Notes under the pieces: generated by a model | The model's database searches: none | What the model was told of the DNA's origin: nothing | The model's input: the letters and a program-made list of their open reading frames with translations, nothing else | Source: Raillietiella orientalis | Taxonomy: Eukaryota | Assembly (NCBI GenBank): GCA_036172245.1 | Contig: JAYWIR010000003.1 | Coordinates: forward strand, 2,418,001-2,482,000 | Direction of reading: 5' to 3' | Length of the DNA: 64,000 bases | Translations under genes and position numbers: made by a program | Part shown: in pieces, positions 49,410-59,141 of the stretch | Layout of the letters: the number at the start of each line of letters is the position of its first letter | How positions within the stretch are numbered: the stretch's first letter is position 1

Positions 49410-49776
49410 TGGTGAAGATGAAGTTGTACTTTGGCAAGAATGTCAAAAGGGTCGAGGGGCACAAAAGCTACAGCTATGTCACAGGAATGAACGAAACGAA
49501 GAAAAAAAAAAAGGAAAATTCTCTCTCTCTCACTCTCTCTCTCTCTCTTTTTTTCTTTTTTTTCTTTTCTTTTTTCTCCTCTTGACGGGCACGAAACGAG
49601 ACGACGACAAGGTACAGCGGTACAGTTTCTTCCTTGCGAAGGAACTTTCAACGAGAAAGCAAGCAAACTAGCTATTTGAGATTAATAAGCTGGATGTGTA
49701 TTGCACATGCTACTACCAATGATCATCATCTTCACTTCACAAACACCAATCAATATTCTTACTGGAAGGTAGTCTT
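49410..49776 (-). other. Antp: Antp 5' UTR portion of the first coding exon (367 nt)
   Basis: Lies between the predicted acceptor and the ATG. Contains three upstream ATGs in one frame and a purine-rich low-complexity tract. Confidence 0.65.
49682..49729 (-). CDS. Upstream ORF MMIIGSSMCNTHPAY (15 aa) in the Antp leader
   Basis: ATG at 49729-49727, TAA at 49684-49682. The ORF is seen directly; translation is not shown. Confidence 0.45.
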   Translation of the reverse strand: MMIIGSSMCNTHPAY

Positions 49777-49830
49777 CTGGAAAAGAGATCACGCAATTAG
49801 AAACAGGGAACTGGGAAGTGGAGGGAGGGG
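49777..49830 (-). promoter_or_regulatory. Probable 3' splice acceptor defining the 5' edge (49776) of the first Antp coding exon
   Basis: Minus strand reads ...cccttcccctccctccacttcccagttccctgtttCTAATtgcgtgatctcttttcCAG|aagac: pyrimidine tract, branch-like CTAAT and CAG. Confidence 0.7.
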
Positions 49831-50313
49831 AAGGGGGGAAAGGGGGGGGGCAAGCGCTTCGGGTTGAGGCGGGAAGCATTCCGCTCCGCATAAAAAAAAA
49901 AAAAAAAACTCGTGGTGTTGAGGGACGAAGGACTTTTCGGCGTTCGGCGCTTCAGGCACTTTTTGAGTCTTTATTTCTCAAGGAGGGAAAGAGGCAGCTG
50001 CTGTTCCCCGGAGCAGCGCTTCGTCGGAGCCCAGCTCAAGATGACGCCACCTCGAAACTCTGGAGGCAAAGGGGAAGAACGAAATCGGAAGCGGGCTTTA
50101 CGAAGAGGCCAGTGAGGAATGAAGGATAAAAATATACCTTTTCGGCGTTTTTTTTTTTTTTTTCTCCTCTTTCACGCGCTCTCGAAAGCGAACTCCGTTT
50201 CCACGGCAACGTCCCGCCGAGATGCGAACTTTCTAACCGAGGGAGTGGGGGACGTGGGGCATCGGGATACGGACCTGCTCGCCATGTTCCGCCAAGAGGT
50301 CCTCCTCTCTCAC

Positions 50314-50345
<32 letters not shown>

Positions 50346-51350
50346 TCCCTGCTCACAGTTTTTTAACGATGGGAACGAGAATCACAAAATTGAGGGGAGG
50401 ACGGGGGGACAGGGGAGGGGAACAAAACAAAAGCCAGCCAGAAAAAAAAAAAAAAGGAAAAAAAAAAAAAAAAAGAAGAAGAAGGAGAAGAAGAAGAAGG
50501 AAACTCATGCATCACCGCAGCAAACGCCATATTGATATTCTTTCATCGCCACTGCTTTGCACAACTGGTATGGTCTCACTGTGCACGGAGGAGACCTCCA
50601 GGAGTAACAATGGCTTTGACAGGTCATGCAGCAATGATAGATTTATGAGTTTTCTGGGGTTCTTGATTTTATGTTTTAATCAAGTTCCTACAAAAACACA
50701 GAGAAATGCTAGGAATGAACAAACGGGGATGCACAGCGTGGATGTGTCCGTGGGTGCGTGCGTGACCGCGTGTGTGTCTGCGCTCGCGCGCGCGTGTGTG
50801 TGTGTATGTGTGTGTGTACAGGAGAACGTGTTTGCATTTCGATGCCCGCGCGAATGGCCGCCGCACCGTGACCGAGAAAAAAAAAAAAAAAAAAAGAGAG
50901 AGAGAGAGAGAGACTCGCTCTTGTACGAGCGCACGCTCTCGAGGGCGGGGGTCAGATGCTGCGGAGGCTCTCGGACTGCTCCCCTCTTCCGCTTTTTCCT
51001 CGACGGCGAAGACGGGCGGGTTTCGCGAGCGCGCGCGCTGGCGACCGGGAGAAATTGCGAGGTACGCGCTGGGAGGGCGCCGGTAGGTCCCCCGGGGAGG
51101 GAAGGGGGGGAGGAAGGGAGCCTGCGGCGCTGCCGCTGCTGAACGGAAGGAAAAGCGTTTTCGCGGGTCCGGGAGGGCGGACTGACGTGTGCCGACCGCA
51201 ACGCGCGCACGGGGTCACCTCCGGGGAAAGGTTACTTCGCGCGCGCCCTGGCGGCCTGAAATCCACCTAGCGCGGTCCTCGAAAGCGCCATCGTGCCGCT
51301 CCGGCATGCTCCGGGAGTGGGCCGGGGGAAGAAGGAGAGGGAGGGGAGGG

Positions 51351-51359
51351 AACAACAAG

Positions 51360-51393
<34 letters not shown>
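51351..51393. repeat. (AAC)n microsatellite
   Basis: Direct reading. Confidence 0.9.
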
Positions 51394-51394
<1 letters not shown>

Positions 51395-54300
51395 AATAGC
51401 AAACGGACGAACGAACGGAGGAATCGGACTGTTTTGGCTGCGCGCGCAGTTTCTCCGTCCGCCGAAAATAGGGAAAGCGGCGTTCGCGAGGCGGCTCGTG
51501 TCTTTCTCGCCGAAGGCCGCCTTTTGATTTCCGCAACGATACATAATTACAAACCTTGCGAGCCTCCTGCGTTCCGTGGAAGCACTCGGAGCAGGAAAAG
51601 AGGAACGGAGGCCTTTTTTTCTTTTTTTTTTTTTTTTTTGTCTTTTTCCTTCTTTTTTTTTTTCTTTTTCCAGCAGGCACCTCCGAAGGTCAGAACATGT
51701 TTCCCAATCCGCCTCTCCCAAGGACAGTTTCTCAGATGGGTTCGTCACCAGCTTCCACTAATGAACGGCACCTCCACGGCCCACAGCCACGAACAGATCG
51801 GACGGTCGCATGCTTCGACGTTTCGACTGGCGCGTACTAGTCTGCACGACCCTCCTCTCATCCTTCATCTGACTCCCGCAAGTCTACCTTTATCCCTGCC
51901 GTTCGGGGCAGGACCCACGTCGCACGCTTTTGAATTTCATTGTCTTCCGCTCCTCTCTGCCTTTTTCACGATCACTGCCTGCTGCACGTTTCCATATGCA
52001 TTCGATCCGTGCAATAATGGAGGTCAGATGGCAGAATTCCAAATTATAGGTTTGTGGTCAACCAATCAGAAGCGGAAACTCGGAGCAAAAAAAGTCGCGA
52101 GAGGCTTGAAAACGCGGGCGAGATGGGAACCACTCGGCACAATTATAGGTTGTTCTTGCGGGGCAAAACTGCATGTCTGGCTCTTGTTCCTCCTTTTTTC
52201 GCCGAGGCCCAAATTGGTGCAGCGGCGATCTCCAAACCCAGCATTACGCCGTTCTTTGAGCGGCCGGGAGAAGCCGTAAGGATTTCTCCTTCTTTCAATT
52301 ATTTATCAAGTATTTGTTTACCAAGAGTTTCGATGGAGACGGAGCGGCGAAATTATTAATTGCGAGCGGACCGCATCGTGCGAGTCGCCTCCTCTATGAA
52401 AAATTGGCCTGCCCGGGATCCGTAATTGCAGCACAAACAAATCCCAGGCGAATTCACTCTCCTCTTCCTCTCCTTTCGGTTCGGTCCCGCACGCCGCATC
52501 ATTAGCGCTCGGGTCCGACTGCTGCTGCCGACGCCTGGCAGGCGTTTCCTCGCCGTCTTCGCCAAGGTCCCCGAATCTCTCTCTTGCAGCGGCGTCGCGG
52601 GGTCCTCCGTCACGTAGGCTCGTTATCCAATTCGAGTACGCAATCATCGAATTCATCACGTGGCGGCGTCCACTCCGCATGAAAACAAGATCTTCCTCGT
52701 CCGCGCCTAATTGAGCTGCTGCACGGCGCAGTCTTCACGTTCGGAAAGCGACGTCCAGGGCGACGGTGGATTCTCAAGGAGGAACTCCCTCTTCTTCGCT
52801 CGAGGGGAGGGGCGCAGGAGGAGGAAGAAGGTGGAGCCGAGGGGAAGTCCTCCTCCTCGGGTGATAGGATGCAAGGCAGAAACTCCTTTCTCGAAACGGA
52901 ACGCGCTTCCACCCGCCACTCCACAGGAAAGTTCCTGTGCAGCAGCAAAGAACGGGGTGGTCGAAAAGCTCCATGCGGCTTTGCCACCCGGCGAGGCGGT
53001 GACGTACGCCAGCGTGGCTCTTCAGAGGGTGCGCGCGCACCCCCCTCCCCGACCCTCACGCCACATTTTCTAACAACCGGATGGATGCCGTCGTTCGCAG
53101 TTACTTGTAGCCGCTATTACAGCATACTCTTGCGGAGCGGCTGTGGTCCGAAGCCTTCCATGAAGGCCTGCGCTGATGCCCGCGAGCACCAGACGGACCT
53201 TTCGCTTAGATGCACAGTGTGCTGTCGGCGTTTCCGTTTCGCGCAGGAACCGTCCCTTCTTGTGAAAGCGCGCGATGCGCGTTTCTCTTTTTTCTCTTTT
53301 TCTTCTCCCCTTTCCCCCCTCCCCCGCCCATCTCGAGAACTCCGTGCTTTCCATCCTCGCGTTCAAGTGGGAACAACGCCGGGACAGACGCTCGCGAACA
53401 CCATCCCGAAGTCATGGAGAAATCGCCGAGACGATTTACACTTTCCCCGCATCAAATGTAAAACCCGTTGGAGCTTGGATTTCCAAAACAAAAACCCATG
53501 CAGCATCTTAGCTGCGAGATGGTTTATCGCTTCTCTTGAGGAAGGTTGCTCGAGGGGCCGACGTCGAACTGAAAGTATGGGTCGTGTGGGTGCAGCAGGG
53601 TCCCGCGAAGCGTGCGAGATGAAAAATGCAGAATGCGAGATGGGAGTTATCGGCTGCCTCGAAGTCGCGCTCTCATCTGATTGGATGTATGCAGGAGTTT
53701 TGGAACTGCTGTCACGGGAGGATTAAGAAACGGTTGACGCTGACGGCTCATTAAGAGTTCCCCCGCATGCTCCCGCCCTCGGAGGATGCCGCGAACCGAT
53801 CTCGGTCTTGTCGAAGGCGCGTTGGAAACCGAAAAATTCGTGAGCGCGCGCAGCCCCCCGCAAGCTGTGCGAGTGAGGGCTGGTCGCCGACCGGGGCCGA
53901 CGGGAATCCAAGTCCACCCCGAGCACCGCTTCCAAGAGTTTCACACCGCAGCCTCCCGAGGCTTGCAGCAGCTGCCGCCGACACCGGACCGCCGGCAAAG
54001 AACGCCGACGAGCTCAGACGACAAGAACGCGCGAGCTCCTCCGTCGCTCTTCAATGGAGCTTTCAACTGGCGAGTGATTCAGTCCACGCTTCGGTCCTCG
54101 GGTAGGATGCTGCCCGCGCTCCAAGCCAAAAAGAAGGAAAAAGCCCGGCGTTCCCAGAAAGCCTAGCAGACGAAGCGAGGCTCCCTCCCTTCCCTCCTTC
54201 CACTTTCCTCCTGCGCCGAGGATCCCGCTCTTGCTCTCCGTCAGCTCATTTGCGCTCATTCTCAGGTGAGAGATCCCAAGATATCGCAAATGATGCTGGG

Positions 54301-57300
54301 TTATCTGCGCTTCCATCACCTCGGGTGCACCTCGCTGCAAGTCACCCCCGAAAGGGAGGTGCGGCTTCCCCGCAACACTCGGAGGAGGCTGCAAGCCACC
54401 CGAAGCGGAAAGGCGATCGCAGGTTCGGCGCCCACGCCCGCTCGCTCCCTTGCGGAGAGCTCCAGGGATTCGAGAATTGGTACATCTGGGCGACTGCCTC
54501 GGGAGGGGATTCGCTTCCCTCCGCCGCGTCCTGTGCGCGGACAGAGGAAGGGGGGGAGGGGTTCCTCAGCCGTGCGCCGCGCAGGTAACTCTCGATTCGA
54601 TATTCAGCCACGAGGCCCCCATATCATTACGTAATTATTTCCGCACAAAGATGAAATAATTTGAAACAGAATGCAGGAAGGCAGCTATTTCTGGGGGCTC
54701 CTCTCCCACTCCAGGCAGGTGTGTGTTTTCCCGTAAACAAAAACGCCAGGTCGGCAGAAGAATGCGAAGCCTTTCGACGGACGAGCACGCGAAGCCGCAG
54801 ACCGGTTCGGAGCAAACGACAAACAAGGAAGGAGAGGGGGGGGGGAGGGGAATGAAAAAAAAAAAAAAAAAAAATACAAGTCAAGGATGTCCCAGGGTGC
54901 GTTCGCTGGCTGGCTGGCAAGTTTCGGGACATCCGAGTCCTCGGTGCAAGTCCTTCCTGCAAACCCGCCTCGGCACCGCGAGACTTTCCCGAAGCCCGGG
55001 GAGGAAGGCGCCGATATTCGAGGGGAGGGCTATTAATATTCGCACATCGGGAAAAAAAGCAGAAGACAATTTTATGCTCTTCCCGGATCGGGCCAGGAGT
55101 AAACTGTCGAGCGGCAGCAGCGCGCTGATTGTTCCTCAGCCCCGGGATGCTGGTGAAAACAATGGCGAAGTGTGATCGCCTTTTTTTACGATTCGGGAAG
55201 AAGGTGGCGCTGCCAACAGGGAGCTTCCTCGCGGGGATCGCAGGGAATCGTCTCAAATCGTGAGTCACTTGCAAGCGCATGAATCTTTCACGCAGACGGT
55301 AGTTCGCCAGCGTTTTCTTTTTCTCTCTCCCCTCTCTCTCTCTCTCTCGCCCCCCCCCCCCCCATCCCATCGAATCATCTTGCTGCAGACGGAAGAAATG
55401 CATCCGTTCACCCCGATCGGGAGACTCTGGCACCGAGGGCGCAAAAAGGAAGGCGGCGCGGAAAAGCACTCCCTCTCTTCCCCCCATCGCTCCTGGCTCC
55501 TCGAGCGCAAGTGGCGCGGCAGCAGCCTGAAGACTGTGTTTCGAGCGCCCATCTTGGGGAGGTGCGCTCGGAAGAGGCGCAGAGTCTGCTAGCGTCGGCT
55601 GCAGGCAGGCACGCCCGGCGGAAGAGGCTGTTTCCCTCCCCCTCCCTCCCTCCCTCTCCACCGCCACCCGTGGATTCCGTTGGGACTTTTCGAAACTCCC
55701 ATCCACCGCCGCCAAGCTACTCCCTGTTTATTTTCTTGTTTTTTTTTTTTTTTTGAAACTGATGCTGCGAAAATACTAAGATGCTTGGAATCGCCCGAGA
55801 TGTTTAAGATACACATCGGCTCTCATAAATCTTTCAGGGAAACTCTACAGCTAATTTGGAGTAAAGAGGTAAGCGATTTCAGCATTCGTCAACTCCCAGA
55901 TCTTCTCGCAGACAACCGTTAGAACACGAAATCTCGAGGGAAGAAACGGGAGAACTCGGACTGGAAGGGGAAACACACACACACACACATACACATACAA
56001 AAAAAAAAAAAGGAGGAGGAGGAAAAAAATTCAAAGCGCGGGAGCAGCGTTCGTGGTCTGACAGCCCGGATCTGTGCGTCCACGAGAGGAACGGGCCGGG
56101 TCCTTTGCCACCCTTCGCAGACAGGAGGGGAGGAAGGAAGGTCGCGGCGAAGCAGCAGCCGGTTGCCCAGACGGCCGGAGGCCCCTGCCGACGTCCGCAC
56201 GCCCCCGGGACTCCTTGGCGGGAGGTGGAGCAGCTGCGCGTCGGAGCGGGGACCACAGCTTGCCCCGAGCTCCCCTGGGGCCGAGGTCAAAGTGGGGGGG
56301 GGAGTCCATCCCCTTCCTACCCGCCGCGGGAAACTCCCCCGCCTCCGGCAACCGAACGCGACTCTTTCCTTTTAGCATACTCGGGAATAACCCGAAGCCA
56401 CTTCCGCGGTCGCGCCCTGATATATCGATCTGCAGATCAGGATGCAGAGTTCGCGACCCGATGGCTCGTAACTTCCAGAGGGGAAGATTTGTTGCTCGCA
56501 AGGTAGGAAGCCATTTTTCCCGACACTCCAGCGAGACGTTCCCTGTATTTTTAAAGTGAACTGGCGCGCCTCCGCGCCGCGATCGGTCGAGACGGGATGC
56601 GAGCGTGCGGCCCGGATCCCGGCTGCGCGCGCGCGTGCGGCGGGGCGTAGACGCTGCACGCGATAGTGCGCGGCTCTCCTTCTCCTTTTTTCTCTCCCCC
56701 TTTTCCCAGTCTCCTCTTTTCCTTCTCCTCCCTTCTCGTCTTTCCTCTTCCCTTTTGCGGTGAGGGGAGGGAGGGAAACCGCTTGCGTCCGTTTCGCGCG
56801 CGCATGCGCGCAGTCCGGGGACGGGGGAGAGAGGGTCCTGCCCCCGGGTTCTCTCCCGGGGAGACACCCTGGAAACGGAGCGGAGATCCCCGCGCCCGCC
56901 GCCGCTGACCGGCGGGACCCCGGCACGCAGAACCGCGCGGCCCCCTCGGACACCGAGCGACAGGCAGGAGGGGAGCGGCGAGCGAGCAAGCGCCCGCCCG
57001 CTCGCGTTCCCATCCCTCCCGACGCATTCCTGGAAACGTGCGATTCCGACGCTCCCAATAAATCAGCGCCGCGGAGCTCCGACTCTCGTTCTCTGCATTC
57101 CTTCATCGCGCGAAACCCGAGGTAACGCTTCCTCCTCCTCCGGGTTCGCGAAAGCCTTCCCGGAGGCAGCTGCCGCGGCGCGGAGCCGAAGAAGAAAAAC
57201 GAGTGCGCAACGTGGAAATCAATTACCACGCAAACAGCATCTTTCCGTCGGGGGAGACGAACCCCCCCATTTTTTCCTCTTTCCCCCCTCCCCCGGGTAG

Positions 57301-57716
57301 GAGGGGAAGTAGGAGGTAAGTGGAGCGCTCGCGCTTTCCTCTTCCCGAAAGGCCCCCCCCAAAAAAAGAAGGGGAGACGAATAAGCGGCGGCTTCCCGCT
57401 CTGGTTCGCCCTCAGCGGAGCCTGAAAGGGAATCGCTTCTCATGCGTTAACCCTTCGGATGTGGGAAGAGGAGGGGCCTGACAAACACGTGACCCGAAGA
57501 GACGTGACACTTCACGCGGATTCCGATCGCCCAGGGAGTCAACAATGACCTTCTGACAGCCGATCCTATTCAGCTCTGAAATCTCAATCTGGGCCGAGAG
57601 CCGGGACCCTGGCCTGGAGCCCCAGAGCCGGGACAAAGAACGGCAGCTCCTTTTGTCCCTATGGGCGAAGACACACGACCTCCTAATTCGTCCCGTGAGT
57701 TTTCCCCTGCGGCCTC

Positions 57717-57720
<4 letters not shown>

Positions 57721-57755
<35 letters not shown>
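57721..57755. repeat. (CT)n microsatellite
   Basis: Direct reading. Similar GA/CT tracts occur near 25190, 30300-30340, 49520, 50895 and 55320. Confidence 0.9.
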
Positions 57756-57757
<2 letters not shown>

Positions 57758-58318
57758 CTCCCCCCTCCATCCGTTTTCCCTGCCGCCTTTCTTCTCTTCT
57801 TTTTCCCTGCTTTCGGCGTTTCCCGCCGCGTCCGGCCCTCCGCGGTGGGGTCCAGGCCTGGCGAAGAATCCCAGCAGCACGCGGAGATCTCTGCGCGCGC
57901 TCGCAACTCCTTGGGTCTCTCCTCGAAAAAACGCATCCTTCCGCAGGGAAGGGGGACGAGGAGGAGGAATCGGATCTTCGCCGCACCCCATGAGTCCAAC
58001 GGCCGCATTCGGATATCGCATTCTTCAATTTGTGGGCCGGACAACGATTTATGGGGCGACTGCTCTGCTCGTGAGCGCCGTGATTGTTGCGCAAATTTAT
58101 TGCCCGATTAGCGGGTTGCATTGCCATCCGCGGTCTTACGCGGCTGTCTGTTTCGGAGCAGACCGACGACTCGAGCTCCTACCCGTCGCCTTCCAGGGAC
58201 CCCGTTTTTTGATACACAGTCTGCGTCCGAGGCGGTCGCTCCCGGATCGCGTTTGTCTTCCTCGCCCGCCGAATCGCCGCTCCGCGGCCCGAAGGGAGGC
58301 GATGACAAGAAAAAACAA

Positions 58319-58321
<3 letters not shown>

Positions 58322-58354
<33 letters not shown>
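58322..58354. repeat. (CAG)11 microsatellite
   Basis: Direct reading; not within a supportable coding exon. Confidence 0.9.
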
Positions 58355-58355
<1 letters not shown>

Positions 58356-59086
58356 GAAACAAAAAAAAAAAGGCGCGGGCGAAACTTCTTCCTGGACCGG
58401 AAGCTGGCGAATCCTCTCTCCGAGTCCCCCCGCCCTCCGGTCCCCCTTTCCGGAGGGAGCGGTGGCTTTCGAATTTTCACGGAGCGAGGAGATTCGCTGG
58501 GAGGGGAATTCTGGCACTTCTGGCGGACACCACAGGAAGCGCCTCGTTTCGAGCCCCCGAAGTGGAGAGCCCCGCCCGCGGAAGCGAGGTGGCACCCCAC
58601 CCCCCGCCCCGATCCCCTTTTCCCGGCAAGGGCTGGTACCACCGAACTCTTCCGAAAGCGGGAACGGTGGGGTCGCGAACGACGAAATCCCGGAGGGGGA
58701 GAGAGAGGGGGGAAGGAAATTTCGCCGAACCGCCAGCCAGGCCAGGAATTTAATCCTCCGCTGGAGAGGATTTCGATCCGCAGAGCCACCGGGCGGCGAA
58801 AGCACGACCGCCAGCAGCCCCTGGGGCATGCACGTGGAGCAAATTTCTGCCCACAGTGCATGCAGGAAGACCTCCCGGGGTTATTTTGATCCCATCCCCA
58901 TCCCGAATAGTAGAGGAGACGAGGGGAGCGGAAGAGGCCAGCTTCTTCTTCGAAACCAAAGCGTTTAAGCAATTTTCACAGGCCATTTGTGAAAGACAGC
59001 CGGAGGAAGTGAGGCACAGAAACGCTTTCCTGATCTTCCTGATGGAGTCCATAGGAGCCGCGGAAAGAGAAACCAATTTGTTCGAG

Positions 59087-59141
59087 CGGACAAAGAGATG
59101 CCATCCGCGGTTCTAAGCGGATGGCATCTCTAGCTTGTCCG
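59087..59141. repeat. Inverted repeat/hairpin: 15-bp perfect stem, 8-nt loop, plus 7 bp after a 3-nt bulge
   Basis: CGGACAA-AGAGATGCCATCCGC-ggttctaa-GCGGATGGCATCTCT-agc-TTGTCCG. Confidence 0.9.

Noticed and set aside
51293..58889. Poly-Q-containing ORFs (51293-52279, 58121-58753) suggestive of Hox opa repeats
   Set aside because: The Q runs come from AAC/CAG microsatellites on the strand opposite to Antp, and the rest of each ORF is translated homopolymer noise.
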